DNA from: Dehalococcoidia bacterium
GTDB taxonomy: Bacteria; Chloroflexota; Dehalococcoidia; Bin125
DNA: 64,000 nt
Direction of reading: 5' to 3'
NCBI GenBank assembly: GCA_963555985.3
Contig: OY820591.1
Coordinates: forward strand, 2,080,001 to 2,144,000
Position numbers and translations under genes: made by a program. The notes under the pieces are model-generated. The model was not told where the DNA came from. It saw only the letters and a program-made list of their open reading frames with translations, and did no database searches. This document shows, piece after piece, positions 9,066-17,608 of the stretch; within the stretch, counting starts at the first letter, position 1, and each line of letters begins with the position of its first letter.

Positions 9066-10028
9066 CTACTGAACTGATTCTCCGGACCAAGTCAGTAGTT
9101 GCCCGGTCTCAACATCCTGCACGCTCCGCAGGTTAGGTGGATTCTGACCATCGTAGATGGCCTCATCCAACTGGGATTGGATGAGGCCCCTCGCTGGGCT
9201 TGGCTCATCCTCGTGCTCCGCCCCTGAAACAACCCACATAGACCTATGTGGAGTGCTAAAGTCGGTCCCCGACAAAGTCGCACCACGAAGATTCGCTGCT
9301 TCAAGACTAGCGTCACTAAACTTTGCGAACGTGAGATCGCACTTAGAGAAGTTCGTACTAGTGCAAATCGTCCTTGCGAGATTCGCATGCCTCAGGCTCA
9401 CACCTGAAAGATTCAAGCCATGAAGATCTATGCCGACTAGCCTCACCCCGTCAAGATCAACAGCAAAGTCCTGGCTCCGCTCAAAGCAAAGTTCATCTGA
9501 CGTCCGAGAACCAATAAAATCTATAGCGAAGCTAACGTCTTCTCGAACCGAGCCACCGTCATCGCGCTCTGTCTTCGGTTTCTGGGCATTGTCGCCTCTA
9601 GCAGGATCCCGTACAAAAGCAGCGAGAAGTCTGAGCGACTGGATATAGTACTGCTCCCGATCTTGCCGCGACAGTGAGACCAAAGTATGCATCGCACTCA
9701 AGCGCACAGCATTCAGATCATGCCCAAGCATTTGGGCCGCAGCTTGGAATCGCTGATTCGAGATCGCTTCGTGCGCAGCGTTGACGCTGTCGCTCGTAGC
9801 TTTGACCTGCTGTTCGGCGACCCAGCCGCGCCAAATTGCGAGTGGTAGGGCCAACAGCCCGCCCATCATCAGCATGACGTTGCGAACCGTCGTGCTGAGG
9901 CTCTCTTTGTTGTCTCCAGTTCCAGTCAAGTCTCCCCAGAAGACGGCTGATAGCCCCGCTCCGACACTCAGCACGACGACCACAGCGACGCTGAACCAGA
10001 ACGTCCCTGACCTCAGAAGATCCCTCAT
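9066..10028 (-). CDS. Membrane-anchored pentapeptide-repeat protein
   Basis: Two N-terminal TM segments (LALPLAIWR), QRFQAAAQMLG, A(D/N)LXX-type repeats; visibly lower GC than neighbours. Confidence 0.85.
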   Translation of the reverse strand: MRDLLRSGTFWFSVAVVVVLSVGAGLSAVFWGDLTGTGDNKESLSTTVRNVMLMMGGLLALPLAIWRGWVAEQQVKATSDSVNAAHEAISNQRFQAAAQMLGHDLNAVRLSAMHTLVSLSRQDREQYYIQSLRLLAAFVRDPARGDNAQKPKTERDDGGSVREDVSFAIDFIGSRTSDELCFERSQDFAVDLDGVRLVGIDLHGLNLSGVSLRHANLARTICTSTNFSKCDLTFAKFSDASLEAANLRGATLSGTDFSTPHRSMWVVSGAEHEDEPSPARGLIQSQLDEAIYDGQNPPNLRSVQDVETGQLLTWSGESVQ

Positions 10029-10096
10029 TAGACATTCTCCGTGACCCCAAGAATACTCGCGATTCGGCGGGCTGTTTCTGAGAACCGGGACACCTC
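10028..10096 (-). pseudogene. Relic 3' end of a homologue of the adjacent R-M gene
   Basis: EVSRFSETARRIASIL vs EVAWFSETARRIAALL (C-terminus of 11010-14099), 12/16 identical; its TAA overlaps the ATG of the pentapeptide gene. Confidence 0.65.
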
Positions 10097-10114
10097 CGAC
10101 GACCTACCTGATTC

Positions 10115-10306
10115 CGTCATACCCGCGCTCCGCCGCGGGTATCTCGCCGTGTTCAGCACGGACGTCGGTGCTCGTCGCGGCGAGATTGCCCCCTGTTCAG
10201 GCCAGGGGCAGGCTGTGGCGGAGCACGGCAATGACGGATCTTGGGGGGTGGGTGCTGGTCACGGCGAGATTGCCGCGACGGGGCGCGGCAATGACGAGGT
10301 GGGGGC
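10115..10306. repeat. CGTC-tagged REP cluster downstream of GIY-YIG gene (3 units)
   Basis: Units 10115-10149 (+), 10178-10236 (-, with 24-bp insert), 10262-10296 (-); CGTC-ATACCCGCG..CGCGGGTAT-CTCG or CGTC-ATTGCCGYG..CRCGGCAAT-CTCG. Confidence 0.9.
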
Positions 10307-10336
10307 GATGACGGTGCTTGTTGGGTCTCCGTCGTA

Positions 10337-10627
10337 TCAGGCTAGGTCGAAATAGAGGTCTCGCCACTTAGGGTTGAACTTGTCGATCATGCCGCGACGA
10401 CGGGTCTTGCTCCAGCGCTTGATTTGTTTCTCTCGGGCGATCGCTTCGTCCATATGGTCGTGGGCTTCCATCCAGACCAGCTTGTTGATCTGGTAGCGCT
10501 TGGTGAAGGCGGAACCTTCGCCGCGTTTGTGCTGCCAGACGCGACGGGCGAGGTCGGCGGTGACGCCGGTGTAGATGGGTCCGTGGGGTCGGCTGGCGAG
10601 GATGTAGACGCAGGGTTGGCGGGGCAT
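10337..10627 (-). CDS. Small stand-alone GIY-YIG nuclease family protein (96 aa)
   Basis: VYILAS...IYTGVTADLARRVWQHK...FTKRY...AIAREKQIKRW...NPKWRDL; ATG 6 nt after TACCCT. Confidence 0.9.
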   Translation of the reverse strand: MPRQPCVYILASRPHGPIYTGVTADLARRVWQHKRGEGSAFTKRYQINKLVWMEAHDHMDEAIAREKQIKRWSKTRRRGMIDKFNPKWRDLYFDLA

Positions 10628-10661
10628 GGTGGGTAGGGTAGCGGGGGCTTGGTGCTGGTCA

Positions 10662-10979
10662 CGGCGAGATACCCGCGGCAAGCGCGGGTATGACGGATCT
10701 TCGGCGGGGCATGGTGGGTAGGGTAGCGAGGGTTTGGTGGTCGCGGCGGCGGGGTACCTCCTCTACTACGTCATTGCTGCGCTCCGTCGCGGCAATCTCG
10801 CTGTGCGAGCGACGACGGTGCAGAACACGGCGAGATACCCGCGACGGAGCGCGGGTATGACGGAGGTTTTGTTGGGCGCGGGTGTGACGGATCTTTTGGG
10901 TGTGGGCGGCAGGCAGAGAGGTTGGTGCTGGTCACGGCGAGATTGCCGTGGCGGGGCACGGCAATGACGAGGTGGGGGC
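10662..10979. repeat. CGTC-tagged REP cluster upstream of GIY-YIG gene (4 units)
   Basis: Units 10662-10695 (-), 10769-10801 (+), 10828-10862 (-), 10935-10969 (-). Confidence 0.9.
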
Positions 10980-11009
10980 ATGTCGGATGTTTGGGTGTTC
11001 GGCAGGTTG

Positions 11010-14000
11010 CTAGGTTTTCAGCAGGGCGGCGATGCGGCGGGCGGTTTCTGAGAACCAGGCGACTTCGGTGACGGTTAGGGGGCGGCCCAGCACCTTCTCT
11101 TCTCGGTAGCTGAGCCACTTTTTGAGGACCTGGTAGCCGCCCAAACGGTATTCCCAGACCGCCAGCGGTACGTTTGCCCAATATGTCTTGTCGTTCAGGT
11201 AGATGTCCACCGCTTGCCCGTGCTTGACGATCTTGCCTCGGCCGGGCATGACGGCTTGGTTGGCTCCGAAGCGGCCCCAGTTGGCGGTGAGGGCGAAGTC
11301 GTCGGGTTGCATTTGGGTTCCGTCGGTTGTGGTGGGGACGGCGATGGTGTGGTCTAGGTAGGCGGAAACGTCGGACTCGGTGTCGAGGAGGCGGGCGAGT
11401 TGGCGGCCTTTGGCGGCGGACTTGGCGAGAGCTTCGGGGGTGCCGGGGAGGGGGATGCGGGGCCAGCCCAACCTCAAGGGGTCGGCATTGGCGGCTCGGT
11501 ACTTTGGATCGTGCAACGTCGCCACGACGTGGTAGAACAAGTTCTCAGGCTCAGCATCTAGGGATTCGACGTACTTGACGCCTCTGTCGGACAAGTTGAG
11601 CACCCGTTTGGTGGTGTCTGACTCAAGATCAAATTGGAGATCGCGGAGATAGAGCGGGAACCAGCTTGAGAGTCCGTTGCCGAAGTTGTCCGCCATCGCT
11701 CGCACGACAGTACCGCGCTGATACTCAGACTGTGGCTCCCGTTCACGGGCTTCGAGCCAAAGGTTCTCTGCGAACACGTGCGACTGATATTCCGGTCGTG
11801 GACGATCCAGTAGGCCGGCCTGGTCTGACCAGTAGAGCCAGCGGAGATCGAAGGGGCGGTAGGCGTAGCGAATGAAGTCCGTGTCGGCTGCGTCTACGTG
11901 TTCGGCGATGCGCTGCTTGAGCTGATCGAGATCGATGTCCACTACGAGCGAGTCGCGGCTGGTCTTGACGCCGGGGTAGTAGGCGGGGAAGAGGTCTACG
12001 AGGGAGGGCCAGTCGAACCAGTGGTCGCTGACGGCGACGGGGGTGAAGGGGAGGCCGAGGCCGGGCGTGGGGGCGATGGGTTGGTAGAGGGCGGACGGTT
12101 CGGATTCGGCGGTTTCGTCCAGTTCTTGGAGCTTGCCGACGCCCCAGAGTTCCCGCCAGTCGATCTGTTGGGCGGACTGGTGGGATTGCTTGCGGATCAG
12201 GGTGGCGACGGCGGTGCCGACCTGGATGCCGAGCGGATCGTCGGGGGTGGAGAAGATGCTGGGGTCGGGGTCGCCGTCTGGGGTGAGTTTGCCGGTGCGG
12301 TATTTGTCGCCGTTGAGGTTGTCGATGCGGATGTCGTCGAAGGCGTGGAGGTAGCGCTGTCTCATGCCGGGGAAGGAGAGTCCGTCGAGCCAGGAGTAGT
12401 TGGAGATGAAGCAGACGACGCCCTCGCCAGTCTTGTCGGCGATGCGGCGTTCGGCCATGCGGAAGAAGCGGACGTAGAGGTCGTTGAGGCCCTGTCCCTG
12501 TGGTTTGGGCAGGTCTGGGCCGTTGACTTGGCGGTAGGCGTCGGAGAGTTCGCGCTCCTCGTCGACGGCGACGCCGGCGAAACCGCTGTAGGGCGGGTTG
12601 CCGAGGATGACGAGGATGGGTTGTTCCTGTTTGACGGCGTCGGCCTGTTGGCGTTCGTGTTCAAGTTCGGGGAAGGGCATGGGTTTGGTGGTTTCGGGTT
12701 CCCAGCCGATCAGGGCGTTGGTGAGGAAGACGCCGGCGCGCTGGTTGGGTTCGAGCGCGGCGCCCAACTGTTCGAGGGCGAGTCCGATTTCGAGGTGGGC
12801 GACAACGAGCGGGGCGGGCATGATTTCGAAGCCGAAGATGCGGGTGGTTGCGGCCTGGCGGGCGGCGGCGGGAGCGGCTGCGCCCTGGCCGGTGGCGAGT
12901 TCGGTTTGAGCGATGCGGCGCAGGGTCTCGATCAGGAAGGCGCCGGTGCCGCAGCAGGGGTCGAGCACGTAGACGCGCTCGTCGGCGAGTCCTTTGGGGA
13001 TCTTGAGGTCGTCGCGGAGGGCCTGGTCGACGCGGGCGACCATGTAGCGGACGACTGCGCGGGGGGTGTACCAGACGCCGAGTTGTTTGCGGAGGTCGGG
13101 GTCGAAGGCTTCGAGGAAGGGTTCGTAGAAGTACTGGACGGCTTCGCCTTCGTAGAAGCGTTTGAGGAATTCTTCGCGGTCGACGCGGTCGAGGGCGGCT
13201 TCGGTCCAGTCGAGGACATCGGTGAGGTTGAGGCGTTCGAGCCGGCCGGGGTCGGTGAGGTGGTGGAAGAGCATTCGCAGGACGGGCGCGCGCAGGCGGT
13301 AGGCGGTGTCCCACCAACGGAAGCGGTCAGTTTTTCCGGCGGCGAGATCGGCGCGGGAGGAGAGGACCCAGGCGGTGAAGATTCCGTAGAAGAGGGTTTG
13401 CACGAGGGTGGAGCGGAAGAAGTCCTGTCCGCGGGCGTCCTCGTAGCGCATGCCCAGGGCTTGCTCCAGGGCCTCGCGGATGGGGTCAAGGGAGGTTTCA
13501 GCGGCGGCGGCTTGTTCGACGCGCTGAAGCGCCGCTTGGGCGTAGGCGGCCAAGAGCCGGGCCAGGTCGCGCGGATCGGCGATGGCTGCCTGGTGCGTCA
13601 TCACACGAGTCAAGTACTGACCCAGAGCGAGTCCGTGTCGGTTGGCGGCGGCGGTCGGGTGCTTGAGGAGTGCGGTGAAGTCGGCGTCGGTATCGGCGAG
13701 GGAGTAGCGTTCGAGGACGGCTTTGGAGCCATCGCGGTCCTCGCCGACGAGGGCGAACGCTCGCAAGTTGGTGCACAAGACGAGTTTGTGTTGACGCCAG
13801 TACTTGTCGACTTGTTCGGAGGCGATCAGGGCGTCGAGGTCGTGGTCGGAGCCTTTGACCTCGACGACGCCGCGGTCGGGTTGGGGTTGGTCGGCGGAGA
13901 AGAGTCCGAGGTCGGGTTGGCCGGATGTGGTCTCGGCGTAGTGGACGACGGCGCGGACTTTGGGTTTGAGTTGGTCGCCGAGGGCGTCGAAGAGGTTGTC

Positions 14001-14099
14001 GAGAGCGGTGTAGTGGGAGAGCTCGGGCGTGCCGACGCGGTTGACGCCGGCGATGGCGTGGAGGTAGTGGAGGACGGCGGTTCGGAGTTCGGAGTTCAC
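11010..14099 (-). CDS. Single-chain restriction-modification enzyme: PD-(D/E)xK nuclease, N6-adenine MTase and type ISP-like specificity domain (no helicase)
   Basis: QPDLG...VVEVKG, GVWYTP, motif I VLDPCCGTGAFL, motif IV GNPPY, YRPFD, WEYRLGGYQVLKKWLSYR; GTG 14099 overlaps upstream TGA. Confidence 0.88.
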   Translation of the reverse strand: MNSELRTAVLHYLHAIAGVNRVGTPELSHYTALDNLFDALGDQLKPKVRAVVHYAETTSGQPDLGLFSADQPQPDRGVVEVKGSDHDLDALIASEQVDKYWRQHKLVLCTNLRAFALVGEDRDGSKAVLERYSLADTDADFTALLKHPTAAANRHGLALGQYLTRVMTHQAAIADPRDLARLLAAYAQAALQRVEQAAAAETSLDPIREALEQALGMRYEDARGQDFFRSTLVQTLFYGIFTAWVLSSRADLAAGKTDRFRWWDTAYRLRAPVLRMLFHHLTDPGRLERLNLTDVLDWTEAALDRVDREEFLKRFYEGEAVQYFYEPFLEAFDPDLRKQLGVWYTPRAVVRYMVARVDQALRDDLKIPKGLADERVYVLDPCCGTGAFLIETLRRIAQTELATGQGAAAPAAARQAATTRIFGFEIMPAPLVVAHLEIGLALEQLGAALEPNQRAGVFLTNALIGWEPETTKPMPFPELEHERQQADAVKQEQPILVILGNPPYSGFAGVAVDEERELSDAYRQVNGPDLPKPQGQGLNDLYVRFFRMAERRIADKTGEGVVCFISNYSWLDGLSFPGMRQRYLHAFDDIRIDNLNGDKYRTGKLTPDGDPDPSIFSTPDDPLGIQVGTAVATLIRKQSHQSAQQIDWRELWGVGKLQELDETAESEPSALYQPIAPTPGLGLPFTPVAVSDHWFDWPSLVDLFPAYYPGVKTSRDSLVVDIDLDQLKQRIAEHVDAADTDFIRYAYRPFDLRWLYWSDQAGLLDRPRPEYQSHVFAENLWLEAREREPQSEYQRGTVVRAMADNFGNGLSSWFPLYLRDLQFDLESDTTKRVLNLSDRGVKYVESLDAEPENLFYHVVATLHDPKYRAANADPLRLGWPRIPLPGTPEALAKSAAKGRQLARLLDTESDVSAYLDHTIAVPTTTDGTQMQPDDFALTANWGRFGANQAVMPGRGKIVKHGQAVDIYLNDKTYWANVPLAVWEYRLGGYQVLKKWLSYREEKVLGRPLTVTEVAWFSETARRIAALLKT

Positions 14100-15005
14100 T
14101 CGCGTCCCACTCCGCCGCGCCAGACGAGGGGTTGTCCGGTTTCGGCGTCGAGCACGCCGTCGAGGATGGGGGGGTCGTCGGGATCGGCCATGGCGGAGTC
14201 GATCTGAGCTTGGGTGAGTCCGACGGCTGGGCCTTCGAGTCGGTCGGAGAAGATGGCGCCGCTGATGTCGGCGCCGAGCAGGTTGGCGCCGGTGAAGTTG
14301 GCGGCCCAGAGTTCGGTGCCGTGGAGGATGGAGCGGGAGAGGTTGGCGTTGGTGAGGTTGGCTCCTGAGAGCCAAGCGCCGGAGAGGTCGGCACGGCGCA
14401 GAATCGCGTCGACGAAGTAGCCGCCTTCGGCTCGAGCGCCGGCCCAGTTCTGTCCGGTCCAGTCAATCGGATGCCAACCCGGGAGCCGTTGCGACACCGA
14501 GTCTGTACGCACACGCACGAGGGTCTGTCTGTCGAACGGCAACGGCTTGACCGGCTTACGCCAACGCTTCGTCGTCATCGTCAACCTCCGGCGACGTCAG
14601 CCGCTCTCCGCTGGTCAGCATGGTAATGACGGCGAGCGCGTATCGATCAGGATAGTCTTCAGCGAGCTGCCGCAGCGTTAAGATCGCCGCACCCCGGACG
14701 CCGGCGTGAGGGCTCAGAAGCCAGTCCACGGCTCGATTGAACCGCTCATCCAGTAGCGTTTGATGCGCGGTCTCGGCCTGGCGCTCGCTGACGCGGCTGC
14801 GCCAGATGGCGAGGGGAAGAGCGATCACGGCGGCGGCGATCAGGCCGAAGTTGCGCACCTCGTCGGAGGAGTCCCACCAGATGATCGCGACTGTGATCAG
14901 CAGTACTAGCGCGGCGATCGTGACCAGCGCCAGGCGCGACTCTAAGCGCCACAATGCTGAGCGGAGCAGTGCTTCCAACCATCGCAGCGGGTCAATCCAA
15001 CTCAC
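14096..15005 (-). pseudogene. Membrane-anchored pentapeptide-repeat protein, split by a frameshift (parts 15005-14556 and ~14584-14096)
   Basis: N-half IALPLAIWR...ERFNRAVDWL and C-half ADLSGA/ANLTNANL...LTQAQID...DAETGQPLVW together match the intact paralogue 9066-10028 but lie in different frames. Confidence 0.7.
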
Positions 15006-15952
15006 CGCCGCTGTCCGTCCAGTTTCTCTACTAGCGAGGCCACCATTGACATCATCGGACAGGCCGCGCCTAGCTCTTTGGCGCGCTCCACCGGCTGCTT
15101 GAAGATCGCGTCCACCTCCAGCGGACGGCCTTCGTTGTAGTCGATGGAGGTGCTGGGTTTGTAGGCGCCCATGCCTGCGGTCAGAGTGAGGTAGCGGTGG
15201 CAGAGATCGTCGCTGTCGATTCTCGAAGATTCGCCGTGTGCGGCGAGGTCTGCGTTGCCGGCTGCGACGACCTCCTTGATGATCTCGTGGGCGATGTGGT
15301 GGAGGGCGGGGTCGTGAATCACTTGATCGGTGCCGACGCCTCCGGCGATCACACAGAGACCGTTGAAGGGGATGTTCCAGCCCAGCTTGACCCATCTGGC
15401 CATGAGCAAACTTGGCTCAGGGCGGATTTCGACCTTGCTGCCGTCAAAGAGGGCGACAGCATCGGCGAGTTGGTCGGCGTTGTCTCCGTAGTGGCCGAGG
15501 TTGAGCGCTCCGAACTCCTGGTGATTGACCTGTCCGGGTTGGCCGCGGCTGACGCCGATGAATCCCATTCCGCCGAAGACTTCGACGTTTGGCAGGGCGG
15601 CGGCGACTTCTTGATCCACGTTCAGGCCGTTGAGGATGGCGATGACTCGCGTTCCTTCGGATAGCACGGGAGCGGCCAGTTTGGGCAGATCGGGTAGGGC
15701 CGTTGCTTTGAGACCGACCAGCAGCCAATCGACTGGGCCATAGGCTGCGAGCGCCTCGGGCGACCTTGCGATCGTGGGTTTGGCGATGTGCAGATCGCCC
15801 AGGTGACTGCTCAGGTGCAGGCCGCCGGCCTTGACTGCTTCGTAGTCGCGGCGCATGAGGAAGCGGACATCGTGTCCGGCTTCGGCGAGCCTCATGCCGT
15901 AGTAGCCGCCGACGGCGCCCGCGCCGATCACGGCGACGCGCTGCGCGCCCAT
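15002..15952 (-). CDS. panE: 2-dehydropantoate 2-reductase (ketopantoate reductase family)
   Basis: VIGAGAVGGYYG, LNGL, WVKLGWNIPFNGL, YKPSTSIDYNEGRPLEVDAI. Confidence 0.85.
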   Translation of the reverse strand: MGAQRVAVIGAGAVGGYYGMRLAEAGHDVRFLMRRDYEAVKAGGLHLSSHLGDLHIAKPTIARSPEALAAYGPVDWLLVGLKATALPDLPKLAAPVLSEGTRVIAILNGLNVDQEVAAALPNVEVFGGMGFIGVSRGQPGQVNHQEFGALNLGHYGDNADQLADAVALFDGSKVEIRPEPSLLMARWVKLGWNIPFNGLCVIAGGVGTDQVIHDPALHHIAHEIIKEVVAAGNADLAAHGESSRIDSDDLCHRYLTLTAGMGAYKPSTSIDYNEGRPLEVDAIFKQPVERAKELGAACPMMSMVASLVEKLDGQRR

Positions 15953-15953
15953 C

Positions 15954-17126
15954 TCAGACCCTTGAGGCGGAACCGACGAACCGGTCGATCCGGAAGAGAT
16001 GCAGATCGTGCTCGGTCTGGCGGTACATGCTGAGGTCGGCCAGCGCTTCGCCGATTGCGGGGGCGAACTTGAAGCCGTGACCGGAGCAGGGGCTGGCGAG
16101 TGTGATGTTGGGACGCTTGGGGTGGATGTCGATCAGGAAGTGGGCGTCGGGCGTGTGCGTGTACATGCAGGTCTCGGCGCGGAGCAGCTTGCCGCCCACG
16201 TCCGGGAACGTGCGCGACAGCCAGTAGCGCACGTTGGCCTCGTCCTTCTCGGTCAGTTCGCGGTTGTATCCGTTCGGATCGACCTCGTCCAGCGGCTGAT
16301 GGTGTCCGAGCTTGAAGCCTTTGCCCACGTTGGGGAACCCGTAGGCGAAGTCCTGGGGGCCGCGTTCCCACATCCAGAAGGGGAGCGCGCCGACCTCGAA
16401 CGCTTCGGGGTTGGTCTTCGGCTCGAACCAGAACATCACCTGGCGCGTGACGGTCAGGGGTAGATTGAGTTTGCCGACGAGCCCAGCGTTCCAGGCGCCG
16501 GCGGTGACGATCATGCGCTCCGCTTCGTAGCGACCTTTGGCGGTGTTGATGATGATCGGCGACTCCAGGTCGTCCATATCGGAGGGCAGCCATTTCTCGA
16601 CCGGCTCGTCGAAGTGGAGTTCTGCGCCGTGCCGCGCGGCCTGATCGAGTTGTCCGTTGAGGGCGGGCTCGATTTCGATCATGCCGCCGCGCTGCTCAAG
16701 TACACCGACGAGATCGTCGGTGGCCATGACGCCCGGGTAGCGTCGTTTGAGTTCGGCGGCGTCCATGTAATCGACCGGGATGTTGTGCTCCCTGGCGCTC
16801 GTCAGCACACCCTGTACGAGTCCGGCGTCCTCCGTGCCCAGCGAGAGCGCCCCGGTCTGGGTGAAGATCGGGCGGCCGAGCTCGGCGGCGAGTTCGTCCC
16901 AGAGCTCGTAGGCGCGGCGCACGAAGGGGACGTAGGACGGGCCCTCGTAGTAGGCCTCGCGGATGCCGCGGGTGTCGCCGTGGGTCGAGCCGAACATATG
17001 CGGCGGGCGGAAGCGGTCGAAACCGATGACTCGCTGTCCGCGCAGCGCCAGCCGCCAGGCGGCGGCGGAGCCCATTGCGCCCAGACCGATGATGGCGACG
17101 TCGTAGGGTTCGTTCGCTGTGCTCAT
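15954..17126 (-). CDS. solA: N-methyl-L-tryptophan oxidase / monomeric sarcosine oxidase
   Basis: IIGLGAMGSAAAW, GSTHGDTRGIREAY, CMYTHTPD (flavinylation Cys), SGHGFKFAP. Confidence 0.88.
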   Translation of the reverse strand: MSTANEPYDVAIIGLGAMGSAAAWRLALRGQRVIGFDRFRPPHMFGSTHGDTRGIREAYYEGPSYVPFVRRAYELWDELAAELGRPIFTQTGALSLGTEDAGLVQGVLTSAREHNIPVDYMDAAELKRRYPGVMATDDLVGVLEQRGGMIEIEPALNGQLDQAARHGAELHFDEPVEKWLPSDMDDLESPIIINTAKGRYEAERMIVTAGAWNAGLVGKLNLPLTVTRQVMFWFEPKTNPEAFEVGALPFWMWERGPQDFAYGFPNVGKGFKLGHHQPLDEVDPNGYNRELTEKDEANVRYWLSRTFPDVGGKLLRAETCMYTHTPDAHFLIDIHPKRPNITLASPCSGHGFKFAPAIGEALADLSMYRQTEHDLHLFRIDRFVGSASRV

Positions 17127-17128
17127 CG

Positions 17129-17596
17129 TTAGCTCCCCGCTGCTGCGCTGGCCTGGGCCTTCATCTCGGAGGCGACTTGGGTCATTGAGTTGTGCTCCCA
17201 GTAGAGGACGTGCTCGACGTGCTCGCGGATTGACCAGTCGTCGTTGGGGGCTTTGGCGTCGAGCAGGGCGTCGTTCATGTGCAGGAGCTGACCGACTAGC
17301 TCGGCGCGCTGGAAGATCAGGTCGCGGGTGAGGTGGGAGAGCGGGGATTCCTGCATCTGTTTGGCGGTGTAGCGGGCAGTCGAGACGGCGCCGGCGTGCA
17401 TCCGGTCGTGCTCGGCGTTGTGGACGAGCAGGCGGCGGACGCCGCCGTTCATGGCGCAGCCGTGTTCGGTCGGGAACGAGAGATCGTCGTCCGACAGGCC
17501 GGCCAGTTGCTCGACGGTGTCGGTGAGTTGGCGCAGCAGCGCCAGCGCCAAGCGCGTGGACTCGGCAGTCGATGGGGCGGCTTGAGTGGTCGTCAT
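17129..17596 (-). CDS. DinB/YfiT-like four-helix protein
   Basis: HNAEHDRMH and WSIREHVEHV motifs. Confidence 0.6.
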   Translation of the reverse strand: MTTTQAAPSTAESTRLALALLRQLTDTVEQLAGLSDDDLSFPTEHGCAMNGGVRRLLVHNAEHDRMHAGAVSTARYTAKQMQESPLSHLTRDLIFQRAELVGQLLHMNDALLDAKAPNDDWSIREHVEHVLYWEHNSMTQVASEMKAQASAAAGS

Positions 17597-17608
17597 GGGA
17601 GCCTCCGT

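Noticed and set aside
10115-10979. REP cluster as a CRISPR array or integron attC array
   Set aside because: Units occur in both orientations, spacers are irregular and partly repeated, there are no cas or intI genes, and I saw no attC RYYYAAC/GTTRRRY ends.
11898-14207. Long antisense ORFs throughout (e.g. 11898-14207, 20240-22099, 22190-23806, 42045-43538)
   Set aside because: Expected shadows of high-GC coding sequence; no motifs and fully overlapping supported genes.
14100-14375. N-terminal extension of the R-M ORF to 1121 aa
   Set aside because: Arg/Pro-rich alternative frame of the pentapeptide gene; GTG 14099 with GTGA coupling is more plausible.
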